A stretch of DNA of 64,000 nucleotides, from assembly GCA_038087875.1 (NCBI GenBank), contig CM075989.1, positions 3,844,001 to 3,908,000 on the forward strand, written 5' to 3'. The notes beneath the pieces were generated by a model. The model made no database searches and was not told the origin of the DNA. It saw nothing but the letters and a program-made list of their open reading frames with translations. Source of the DNA: Malacoraja senta (lineage: Eukaryota). The translations under genes were made by a program, and so were the position numbers. Position 1 is the stretch's first letter, and each line of letters begins with the position of its first letter. This document shows positions 25,047 to 36,169 of the stretch, in pieces.

Positions 25047-25664
25047 CCCGCCACGCCCAACCCTCTCTCATAGAAAAAAGGTCATAATGGTAGTTCTCAT
25101 GTTGATCATCTTAATATGTTACTTCAATTATGGTGTTGTCTGTGATTTCATACCGCTGCTTTGAAGATTGACGCGCATGCGCCCTGACGGGTCTTCTTCA
25201 CGTAATCACCAACGTAACTCCTCATAAAATAAAGATCAAACTTCAAACTGGTAAGTTCTCGTTTAATCTTACTAGTCTTGTCCGGTTGCTCCGGTTTCCT
25301 CACACATGCCAAAGATGTGTGGGTTTGCAGGTTAATTGGCCTCTAAGTTGCCTCAAATGTGTCGGGAGTTGATGAGAAAGTGGGATAACATAGAACTAGT
25401 GTGAACGGGTGATCGATGGCCAGCATGGACTAGGTGGGTCGAAGGGCCTGTTTCCATGATGAATTTTTATACATTAAATCACTAAAGTTCCATAAGACTG
25501 TCTAGGATAAAGATTTCACATTGCTATTTGGGGGGAAATTGATTGCATCTGATTTACAGGAAATCCAGTTTGTGTTCAATTCACAGGAGAGCAACTCTTA
25601 CATAACCTGGGGAACCCCTGTATACAGTACAGCACGGTGGTGCAACAATAGAGCTGCTGCCTTA

Positions 25665-26262
25665 AAGGCCTGTCTCACGAGTCTGCGGTCTATGGCGGCG
25701 AAACGGGAGGAATCTGCCGCCATAGACCGCGCACTCGTGAGAAAGTACAATTCCCGGGCCGTGCGGCGGGGTTCCCAACACCGCGCGGTGCTAAAATAAA
25801 AACGACAATGTCCAAAACAAAATACTCACCGCACAACCTCCACCAGTGATGCACGAGTGTGCACGCCCGCTCGCACGGGCCGCCGCCAGTATGGCTCGAG
25901 CGCCGTGCGTCAAACCTCCACTGCCACAGCCTCCGCCAGTGACGCACGTGCCGCCGCCAGTGAGGCACGTGTGCTGCACGGCCGCAGGCACAGCCGCCGC
26001 TACAGCGCCGCGATCAGGATGGCCGCCGCCACAGCCGCCGCTGGTGAGTCACATGCGGCGGGCCGACGTCATCGCAGTCGGCCCGCCCTTTTTTTACTTA
26101 CCACAAGCACGTGGGACCCGCCGTGTTTGAATTAACTCGGCCCCCGCGCAGCATCCGTGCGGCGCTCCGGTGGATAGGCTCGACGCTCTCGCCGTTGCCG
26201 CGCGGTCCTCGCTACCGGAGACGCCGCGCTTCACCGCCGATGACCGCAAACAGGTAAGACAG
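25665..26262. mobile_element. GC-rich non-autonomous DNA transposon (PIF/Harbinger-like MITE) inside a V-SINE
   Basis: Inserted at CCTTA|CAGCGCC (empty at ~14947, ~45351); imperfect TIR CTGTCTCACGAGTCTGCGGTC versus GACCGCAAACAGGTAAGACAG. Confidence 0.6.
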
Positions 26263-26916
26263 CGCCAGGGACCCGGGTTCAATCCTGTCTGTGGGTGCTT
26301 TCTTTACGGAGTTTGTATGTTCTCCCTGTGACTGGTGTGTGCATAGTGTGTGCAGGCTAGTGTTCGTGTGCGGTGATCGCTGGCCGGAGTGGACTCGGTC
26401 GGTTGAAGGGCCTGTTTCCGCGTGGTATCTCAAAACTAAACTGAACTTAAGTTAATGGCATGAATGCTTAGGGGCACTGTGATACAGAAAGATCTTGTTT
26501 GAAATCCATTGCATCCTGAATGTAACAACACAAGTGTGGAGGGTAGTGAGGACGGCATAAGGCAAGCTTGCCTTCATCTGTGGGAGCATTGAGTACAGAA
26601 AGTTCCAATTCATTTTGTACATCACTTTCCCGTGGCCACATTTAGATTATTGTGTGCATTTCTGGTCACCACATCACATGAAGGTTCTGGAGGAGAGTGA
26701 AGAGTGCGTTGTGATGCGGTTTTCTCCAGGTGCTTCGGATTCCTCCAACCCTCCAACCCTCCAAATACAGGCTTGTGGCTTAATTAACTTTGGTTAAACA
26801 ATTGTATATTGTCCCTAATGTGTAGGTTAATGCTATGTGTGAGGCTGGCAAGGGTTCTTACTAGAAACGTCACCTAATCTTTTTCTCCAGTGATGCTGCC
26901 TGACCCGCTGAGTTAC

Positions 26917-27349
26917 TCAAGTCAAGTCAGGTCAAGTCAAGTCACATTTATTTATATAGCACATTTTAAAAAATCTCTCGTTGGACAAAGTGCTTTACAT
27001 TTGTTATAACAATAGTATAAACAAACAAACTACATACATATCTACATATAGCCCTCGCTCAGAGGACTTCAAGAAAGGCTTGGGAGTACAGATAATTTTT
27101 TAGTCTAGACTTAAAGGAGTCGGTGGAGGGGGCAGTTCTGATGGGAAGACGGATGCTGTTCCAAAGTCTAGGAGCTGCAACCGCAAAGGCGCGGTCGCCC
27201 CTGAGCTTATGCCTAGACCACGGGATTTTCAGCAACCCCAAGTCGGCCGATCTGAGGGACCTGGAGGTGGTGTGGTGGGTGAAAAGACTTTTAATGTAGA
27301 TGGGGGCAAGCCCATTGAGGGCTTTGTAGACATAGAGGAGGATCTTGAG
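26917..27349 (-). mobile_element. L2 LINE 3' fragment
   Basis: YKALNGLAP...SLRS...RGDRAFAVAAPRLWNS...SFKSRLK; (CTTGA)n tail; absent from paralogous units. Confidence 0.85.
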
Positions 27350-27869
27350 CTCCAACATTTTGTGTCTATCTAGTGTATGGAGTGATCGCTGGTCGCTGGT
27401 CGCTGGTCGGCGAGGACTCAGTGGGCCGAAGGGTCTATTTCCACATTGTATCACTAAAGTCTAAAGGAGGCTCACTGTGATATTGTATGACAATAATGGG
27501 GTACTGGAATGAAGGCAAACATGCTGACGATTGAGAGTGAAAGTTGGCATGATTGACTGGAAGAGAGAATAGTGCAGTAAATGTCCACTCTGTCAGTGAA
27601 CCCCAAAGGTTTGTGCCCAGATAACCAAAGGTAAATTAATTGTGAATAACTGTCAGTAAATTTAAGGCTTCACGAAAATGAGGTTCAGCCATTTACACTT
27701 TTCATCTGCATATCAATGCACAAAGGTTATTATTTCACTCACCTTTCTGGCTTTTATTAGCACTCTTTGTTGAATCCATGTTTTGTGGAAATGAGACTCC
27801 GTGGATCAAAGGCTGGAAAAACTTTATTTGATTAATTTGATAGAACAAAATCTACCAAGGGAAAAAATC

Positions 27870-29483
27870 TCACTCCGTCTTTTGCTTTTTCCTACAAATA
27901 ATACGACAAAGTTTCTTCAGTGTTCCAACCGCCAACACAGTGAGCAGGAGTAACACAGACAACAGAAAGATCATCACATCTACACAATAGTAAGCGTACC
28001 AGGGGAGTCGGTGGGATTCTGAGCGCAAATGCCCCGCTCCTTTGTGTCGGGCAACGTACTCAACCCAGAAAACGGCTCTCTCCATTGACGACTCTGGCTG
28101 GTCCCGATGGAGAGCGGAGAGTCTCTTCATGTTGTCCCCATAAGATGTGCCGTTTATCACCTCGTTGAGTGCCTGCAACAGATCTGCGGAGTGCATGGTT
28201 GCAATGTTGATCACTTTTGCTGCTCCTCGGGATTCAACTTTAAATAAATTGTCAAACTGGTCAAAAAGCAGAGGCATGCCGACCACTGGCACCCCATGGT
28301 AGATGGCTTCATAAATCCCATTGGTGCCTCCGTGTGAAACAAAGGCTCGTGTGTTGGGGTGACCTAGCAGGTCGTTCTGAGGGATCCATTTTGCCAGCAG
28401 TGTATTATTCCCTATATTGGGAGGGGTCTCACCATCATATCTCCAGATAACCTTCTGGGGGATTTGAGCAAATGCTTCTGCTATTTTCATTGTAATCTCC
28501 ATTGGTAAAGAGTCGACAATGGAACCCAATGACATTACAACAAGTCCATGTTTCCCTGAGCTTTGGACAAACTCCTCAAACTCTGCTGCCAGAGGCCGTG
28601 CAGGTTTACACTGGAAGCCTCCGATGTACACAATGTTTGGCATGGTGGGTCTTGGGAATTCAAACACAAAATCCACCCTCATCAGCCACACATCAGCTCT
28701 GAGGAGAATCGACTTGATGTCCGTGTCTGGTCCCAGATACCGATGGCAGATTTCATTATAAAGTGGATACACCCAAAACTCAGAAATCATGTGTTGAAAG
28801 AGACTGTAAATTACATTTTCTGTTCTTTGGAGAAAATTCATTTTGTCTGTGAGAAGTGAGCCAGGAAGTGGGACGTAGGAAAGTGGTGACGGGGCAGTGA
28901 GAAAATGGGCTTCCCCACTGATCTGCCATCGAATGTTGTACACCAGCGGCACTTTTAAATAATACGCAAGCATTGACCCGGTACCAAATACAGGATCTGT
29001 GAGAATAAGGTCATACTTTGCATTTTTTAATTGATTCAACAAAGTTTTGTTTTCAAAAATCGCCATGTGGAAATTTTGATAAAATCTATGTAAATTGTAC
29101 ATAAATGTAAACATTAGATTTTGTAACATTATGTTGCCCCATAGTGTGTGACTATTCTGTAACATGTCCAGTGACTTTAGCACAAATGTTTCCATCACTT
29201 CTTTCCTTGAAGTTGCTTCAATGTTTTCTTGTGCTTGAACTATGACGCTTTGATACAGATCGGGTCTCTCTTTGATGTACCAGGTTGCGGAGTGACAAAG
29301 CACAGTGATGTTGTGGCCACGAAGGTTCAGCTCTTCGATTAGAATTTTCATATTGATCCAGTGACTTCCATCAACAGGCACTACCAATATTCTAGCTGCT
29401 TGGGTAATTGGACAAGACAGGGCGAAGACGATACCAAGAACAAATGTAATATTTGATCTGCTTTTCCATCCAAGACCACCCAT
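27870..29483 (-). CDS. UDP-glucuronosyltransferase, UGT5-like, copy 3 (537 aa)
   Basis: Intact ORF with all UGT motifs; AATAAA at 27823-27828 on the minus strand. Confidence 0.95.
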   Translation of the reverse strand: MGGLGWKSRSNITFVLGIVFALSCPITQAARILVVPVDGSHWINMKILIEELNLRGHNITVLCHSATWYIKERPDLYQSVIVQAQENIEATSRKEVMETFVLKSLDMLQNSHTLWGNIMLQNLMFTFMYNLHRFYQNFHMAIFENKTLLNQLKNAKYDLILTDPVFGTGSMLAYYLKVPLVYNIRWQISGEAHFLTAPSPLSYVPLPGSLLTDKMNFLQRTENVIYSLFQHMISEFWVYPLYNEICHRYLGPDTDIKSILLRADVWLMRVDFVFEFPRPTMPNIVYIGGFQCKPARPLAAEFEEFVQSSGKHGLVVMSLGSIVDSLPMEITMKIAEAFAQIPQKVIWRYDGETPPNIGNNTLLAKWIPQNDLLGHPNTRAFVSHGGTNGIYEAIYHGVPVVGMPLLFDQFDNLFKVESRGAAKVINIATMHSADLLQALNEVINGTSYGDNMKRLSALHRDQPESSMERAVFWVEYVARHKGAGHLRSESHRLPWYAYYCVDVMIFLLSVLLLLTVLAVGTLKKLCRIICRKKQKTE

Positions 29484-31717
29484 GTTGAGGAAAGATGATC
29501 ACACCGATCCTGTGGTAAAATTGACTAGAAATGTTGGTAAGTGACAAACATTGGCAAAAAGAAAAACAAAATGCTGGAGTACCTCAGCACATCAAGTCTA
29601 CTCTGCTATTCAATCATGGCTGATCTATCTTTCCCTCTCAACCCTATTCTCCTGCCGTCGCCCTCTTGACTCCCGAAACATTAACTGTTTCCATTCACCA
29701 GCGATGGTGCCTGACCTGCTGAGTTAGTCCGCCACGGGTTCTTCCCTCATCCCAAAGACATGCGGACTTGTAGTTTAATTGGCGTCTCTATATTGCCTCT
29801 GGTGGGTAGAGAGTGGATGGGAAATTGTGATAATACAGAACTAACGTGAACGAGTGATCGATGGTCAGGGTGGACTCTGTGGGCCGAAAGGACTATTTCC
29901 TTGCTGCATCTCAAGGGTGTAGTCTCGATAATTATGGAGGTTAGTGGGTTTGTTGTAGACGTCAGTGGATAATGTGTCCCCTCGTGGTGAGTTTGATGAA
30001 ATGAAAGAGTTCGGCATGGGTGTAGCAGGCAGCTCCTATGCTGTCGTCAATGTGGAGAAAGAGTTGGGGGGATGGTGCCAGTGTACACTTGGTTCAAGGA
30101 CTGTTTGACATATCCAACAAAAATAACAGCATAGCTGGAGCCCATGCGAGTGCCAAAGGACTTTAATCTTCTGAGAGACAGCGTGGAAACAGGTCCATCA
30201 GTCCACCGAGCCTGCGCAGACCAGTGATCACTTTGGACAATTTACATTTTACAGATGCCAATTAACCTACAAACCTGCACGTGTCTGAAGAGTTTGGTAG
30301 TCACGGGCAGAATGTACAAACTCCGTACAGACAGCACCAGTAGTCAGCATCAAACCCAGGTCTCTAGTGCTGCGCCATCGTGCTGCCCCTGAATTGAGGA
30401 ATTTGGAGATGAGATTTATGGCGCCGGCGCAGGCAGAAACAATGGGTCTGCCAGGGCTGTCCTGTTTGTGGATTATGGGATGAACACTGACACAAAATGC
30501 TGGTGTAACACAGCTGGACAGGCAGCATCTCTGGAGAGACGGAATGGGTGACGTTTCTGGGTCGAGACCCTTCTTCAGACTGAGAGTCGGGAGAGGGAGA
30601 CAAGAGATATAGATGGTGGTGTAGAGAGATGTAAAACAAGTGAAATAGCGATATGCAAAAAAGTAACGATGGAATGGTAAGGTGTGAAAACGAGACATCA
30701 AAGGGGACGGATATCAAGGAAACAGATTGTCTGGGATTAGGGAACTGTAACATTGGAGTCTGTGCTTGAGTGGAGTCATGGCCAATGCGTAGGTGTGAGA
30801 GCTGGGCTGGCGCCTGGCCTCAGCACGGAAGATGAAGTGGTTTAGCGGTTAAACTAGTTTACAACAGCATTTTAGCCTTGTCAGCGGACATCGGGATTGT
30901 TAAAACAGCTCTCATTCTTCATGAGAGATCAGGGGAACACTGCAACAAACGCAAGTGTGTATGTGAAGCCCACAACAAAACATGGGATAGACACAAAAAG
31001 CTGGAGTATCTCAGCGGGCCAGGCAACATCTCTGGAGAGAAGGAACAGGTCGAGACACTTCTTCAGACAAAACATGGGCTTCAGTTTAAAGCAAGTGAAA
31101 GTAAAAACAGTCAAATGGGTCGGGAATGGAATATTGGATTTGGAATATTGACTATTGAGTGAAATCTGGGGAGAAGAAATGTGTGTGTATGGAGGATACA
31201 AAATATATGTGTTTAGATAATATCGAGTATGAAAACCAGTGGTGATGAACCGAGATACGAGGGAAACATGAGAGCAAATTTTGCAAGAAACAAAATAAGC
31301 TCTCGGCAAGATTGTTCAAGATAAAAATAAATTTCAATATTGCTTTTCGTTGCCAAAATGATAAATAGAAATCATGCATTGATTGATATAACACCGAGAT
31401 GGTGGAGAATTTTGAAGTGTTTTCAACTTAAATACCTTGGTTTTCAGTGAATTCGATGTAACCTGAATGTCAGAAAGATGTGACTGCGATGGAACTTGAA
31501 CCCGTGGCTGCAGTGCCTTCACCCGCTGCTGAATTACCAGTGAAACAATCTCCTTCACTGGAGCCTGGGACTCTGCGACCGCTTCCAGTCCCCACAAGGA
31601 AACAAAACACCTTGCTCACTTGCCCGCGAGTAACACAGGAAAACACAGTTGGCTCGTTGCCTCGGAGTCAACGCAAGGTTTAACCTCCTGACTCTGTTAC
31701 CCAAGACTTCCAGGAAT

Positions 31718-32190
31718 TTACTAGAATGTTGCCTGGGTTTCAGCACCCAAGTTACAGGAAAAGGTTTAACAAGTTAGGTCTTTATTCTTTGGAGCGCAGA
31801 AGGATAAGGGGGGACTTGATAGAGGTCTTTAAAATTATGAGAGGGATAGACAGAGTTGACGTGGATAAGCTTTTTCCATTGAGAGTAGGGAAGATTCAAA
31901 CAAGAGGACGTGATTTGAGAATTAAGGGACAAACGTTTAGGGGTAACATGAGGGGGAACCTCTTTACTCAGAGAGTGGTAGCTGTGTGGAATGAGCTTCC
32001 AGTGGAAGTGGTGGAAGCAGGTTCTATTTTATCATTTAAAAATAAATTGGATAGGTATATGGACGGGAAAGGAATGGAGGGTTATGGTCTGAGTGCAGGT
32101 AGATGGGACTAGGTGAGAGTAAGTATTCGGCACGGATTAGAAGGGCCGAGATGGCCTGTTTCCGTGCTGTACTTGTTATATGGTTATATG
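31718..32190 (+). mobile_element. CR1 3' fragment
   Basis: LGLYSLERRRIRGDLIEVFK, FTQRVVAVWNELP; TTATATGG-type tail; absent from paralogous spacers. Confidence 0.88.
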
Positions 32191-33832
32191 AAATACAAAC
32201 GGATGAAGCGATATTTACATTTCCTCAATAAAAATATGAATGAACCAGGTGGATTTTATAGCCCATACAATCCAGAGATTGTATGGGCTTTACATTCAAA
32301 AATTGCTTGGCAGTAGAGAGTTGGATGAGGTTTTGTTTGGACTGGGGCACTGTGACCAGTGTTGTTCCACAGGGATCAGTGCTGGGACCTTAACTGTTTG
32401 TGAATATATAAATGATTTGGATATTTAAATGGTTTGAGTTTATAAATAATTTGGTGGGTTGATTAGTAAGTTTGAGACAACACAAAAATTGGGCAGTTTA
32501 CAAACCCAGCAGTATTAATATTTTAGACCAACCCTTACATAACCCGAGAAATCCCTGTATACGGCAAGATGGAACAGCAGTAGAGCTACTGATTACAGCG
32601 CCAGGGACCCAGGTTCAATCCTGCCTGTAGGTGCTGTCTGCACAGGGTTTGTACGTTCTCCCCGTGACCGGCGTGGGCTTTCCCCAGGAGATCCGGTTTC
32701 CTCCCACACTCCAAAGACGTACAGGTTTGGAGGCAAATTGTAAATTGTCCCTAGTTTGTGCAGGCTAGTGTTAGTGTGCGGAGATCGCTGGTCGACTCGG
32801 GGGGCTGAAGGGTCCGTTTCCACGTGGTATCTCAAAACTAAACTAAACAGTAAATGACATGAATAATAAAGTGCACTGCGAAACAGAGAGATCTTGGATT
32901 GCAAATCCATTGCATCCTGAATGTAACAACACAAGTGGAGGGGGGGGGGGGGGTAGTGAGGACGGCATAAGGCAAGCTTGCCTTCATCCCTGGGGGCATT
33001 GAGTACAGAAAGTTCCAATTCATTTTGTACATCACTTTGCCTTGGCAACATTTAGATTATTGTGTGCATTTCTGGTCACCACATCACATAAAGGTTATGG
33101 AGGAGAGTGAAGAGTGAAGAGTGCGCTGTGATGTGGTTTTCTCCAGGTGCTTCGTTTTCCTCCAACCCTTCAAATACAGGTTTGTGGGTTAATTAGCTTT
33201 GGTTAAAAAATTGTATATTATCCCTAATGTGTATGTTAATGCTAGTGTATGGCGTCTGGGAACGGTTCTTACTAGAAATGTCACCTAATATTTTTCTCCA
33301 GTGATGCAGCCTGACCCGCTGAGTTACTCCAGCATTTTGTGTCTATCTAGTGCATGGAGTGATCGCTGGTCGGCGCGGTCTCAGTGGGCCGAAGGGTCTG
33401 TTTCCGCGTTGTATCTCTAAAGTCTAAAGGAGGCTCACTGTGATATTGTATGACAATAATGCGGTACTGGAACGAAGGCAAACATGCTGACAGATTGAGA
33501 GTGAGAGTTGGCATGATTGACTGGAAGAAAGAATAGTGCAGTAAAGGTCCACTCTGTCAGTGAATCCCAAAGGTTTGTGCCCAGATAACCAAAGGTAACT
33601 TAATTGTGAATAACATTCAGTAAATTTAAGGCTTCACGGAAATGAGGTTCAGCTATTTACACTTTTCATCTGCATATCAATGCACAAAGGTTATTATTTC
33701 ACTAACATTTCTGGCACATTTATAAGCACAGGTTGAATCCATGTTTTGTGGAAAGGAGACTCCGTGGATCAAATGCATGAAAAACTTTATTTGATTAATT
33801 TGAATGAACAAAATATACAAAGGGAAAAAAAT

Positions 33833-35446
33833 TCACTCAGTCTTTTGCTTTTTCCCCCAAACAATACGACAAAGTTTCTTCAGTGTTCCAACCACCAGCA
33901 CAGTGAGCAGGAGTAACACAGACAACATAAATATCATCACATCAACACAATAGTAAGCGTACCAGGGGAGTCGGTGGGATTCTGAGCGCAAATGCCCCGC
34001 TCCCTTGTGTCGGGCAACGAACTCAACCCAGAAAACGGCTCTCTCCATTGGCGACTCTGGCTGGTCCCGATGGAGAGCGGAGAGTCTCTTCATGTTGTCC
34101 CCATAAGATGTGCCGTTTATCACCTCGTTGAGTGCCTGCAACAGATCTGTGGGGTACATGGTTGCAACGTTGATCACTTTTGCTGCTCCTCGGGATTCAA
34201 GCTTGAGTAAATTGTCAAACTGGTCAAAAAGCATAGGCATGCCGATCACGGGCACCCCATGGTAGATGGCTTCATAAATGCCATTGGTGCCTCCGTGTGA
34301 AACAAAGGCTCGTATGTTGGGGTGACCCAGCAGGTCGTTCTGAGGGATCCATTTTGCCAGCAGTGTATTATTCCCTATATTGGGAGGGGTCTCACCATCA
34401 TATCTCCAGATAACCTTCTGGGGGATTTGAGATAAAGCTTCTGCTATTTTCATTGTAATCCCCATTGGTAAACAGTCGACAATGGAACCCAATGACATTA
34501 CAACAAGTCCATGTTTCCCTGAGCTTTGGACAAACTCCTGAAACTCTGCTGTCAGAGGCCGTGCAGGTTTACACTGGAAGCCTCCGATGTACACAATGTT
34601 TGGCATGGTGGGTCTTGGGAATTCAAACACAAAATCCACCCTCATCAGCCACACATCAGCTCTGAGGAGAATCGACTTGATGTCCGTGTCTGATCCAAGA
34701 TACCGATGGCAGATTTCATTATAAAGTGGATATATCAAAAACTCAGAAATCAAGTGTTGAAAGAGACTATGAATTACATTTTCGGTTCTTTGGAGAAAAT
34801 CCATTTTGTCTGTGAGAAGTGAGCCCTGGAGTGGGATGTAGGAAAGTGGTGACGGGGCAGTGAGAAAATGGGCTTCCCCACTGATTTGCCATCGAATGTT
34901 GTACACCAGCGGCACTTTTAAATAATACGCAAGCATTGGCCCGGTACCAAATATAGGATCTGTGAGTATTAGGTCAAAGTTCGCATTTTCAAATTGATTC
35001 AACAAGGTTTTGTTTTCAAAAATCGCCATGTTGAAATTTTGATAAAGTCTATGGAAATTGTACATAAACGTAACCATTAGATTTTGTAACATTATGTTGC
35101 CCCATAGCGTGTGACTATTCTGTAACCTGTCCAGTGACATTAGCACAATTTTTTCCATCGCTTCTTTCCTTGAAGGTGCTTCAATGTTTTCTTGTGCTTG
35201 AACTATGACGGTTTGATACAGATCGGGTCTCTCTTTGATGTACCAGCTTGCGGAGTAACAAAGAACAGTGATGTTGTGGCCACGAAGGTTCAGCTCTTCC
35301 ATTAGAATTTTCATATTGATCCAGTGACTTCCGTCAACAGGCACTACCAATATTCTAGCTGCTTGGGTAATTGGACAAGACAGGGCGAAGATGATACCGA
35401 GAACAAATGTGACCTTTGATCTGCTTTTCCATCCAAAACCACCCAT
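33833..35446 (-). CDS. UDP-glucuronosyltransferase, UGT5-like, copy 4 (537 aa)
   Basis: Intact ORF with all UGT motifs; AATAAA at 33786-33791 on the minus strand. Confidence 0.95.
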   Translation of the reverse strand: MGGFGWKSRSKVTFVLGIIFALSCPITQAARILVVPVDGSHWINMKILMEELNLRGHNITVLCYSASWYIKERPDLYQTVIVQAQENIEAPSRKEAMEKIVLMSLDRLQNSHTLWGNIMLQNLMVTFMYNFHRLYQNFNMAIFENKTLLNQFENANFDLILTDPIFGTGPMLAYYLKVPLVYNIRWQISGEAHFLTAPSPLSYIPLQGSLLTDKMDFLQRTENVIHSLFQHLISEFLIYPLYNEICHRYLGSDTDIKSILLRADVWLMRVDFVFEFPRPTMPNIVYIGGFQCKPARPLTAEFQEFVQSSGKHGLVVMSLGSIVDCLPMGITMKIAEALSQIPQKVIWRYDGETPPNIGNNTLLAKWIPQNDLLGHPNIRAFVSHGGTNGIYEAIYHGVPVIGMPMLFDQFDNLLKLESRGAAKVINVATMYPTDLLQALNEVINGTSYGDNMKRLSALHRDQPESPMERAVFWVEFVARHKGAGHLRSESHRLPWYAYYCVDVMIFMLSVLLLLTVLVVGTLKKLCRIVWGKKQKTE

Positions 35447-36169
35447 GTTGAGGAAAGATGATCACATTGACCCTGTGGTAGAATTGACCCGAAATGTTGG
35501 TAAGTGACAAACATTGGCAAAAAGACAATAAAAACACAAAGTGCTGGAGTACCTCAGAGAGGTAACTCATCACTTCAGGGATAGATTCCATGTACATAAA
35601 TTCTCAGGGCAGAATTAGGCCATTCGGCCCATCAAATCTACTCCGCCATTCTATCATTGCTAATCTATCTTTCCCCCATTCTCCTTCCGTCGCCTCATAA
35701 CCCCTTGACATCTGAAACATGACCTGTTCACGTTCACCATAGATGCTGCTAGACCCGATGAGTTAGTCCGCCACCAGTTTCCTCCCACATCCCAAAGCCA
35801 TGCAGGTTTGTAGGTTAATTGGCCTCTGTATATTGCCTCAAGTGTGGAGAGAGTGGATGGGAAATTGAGATCATACAGAACGAGCATGACCGAGTGATCG
35901 ATGGTCGGCATGGACTCGGTGGGCCAAAGGGCCTGTTTCCATGCTGTATCTCTAAACAAAACTAAACTAATTTGGAATAGGGGGGAGTAAAAGGATTTTC
36001 ATTATTCAATATTTTTCCAAAAGCGTAAGGCCACATTTCATTTTCCAATGAGAGGAAATAAATATGTTCATAATTTCTAGGAGAAGAATTGGGCCATTTG
36101 GCCCATCAAGTCCACTGCCATTCAATCATGACTGATCTATCTTTCCGTCCCAACACCATTATCTTTCCT

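Larger units (their letters stand above)
20713..25274 (+). mobile_element. Full-length but degraded DIRS1-type tyrosine-recombinase retrotransposon
   Basis: gag-like, RT (CRIILDL, YRHFKME, NALP..LSSAPR), RNase H (DNTTAV), MT-like and YR ORF remnants; ITRs and ICR; no TSD; empty sites at ~14555 and ~44960. Confidence 0.93.

Noticed and set aside
25690..26135. Pro/Ala/Arg-rich ORFs in several frames
   Set aside because: Stop-poor GC-rich MITE interior with no recognisable protein family
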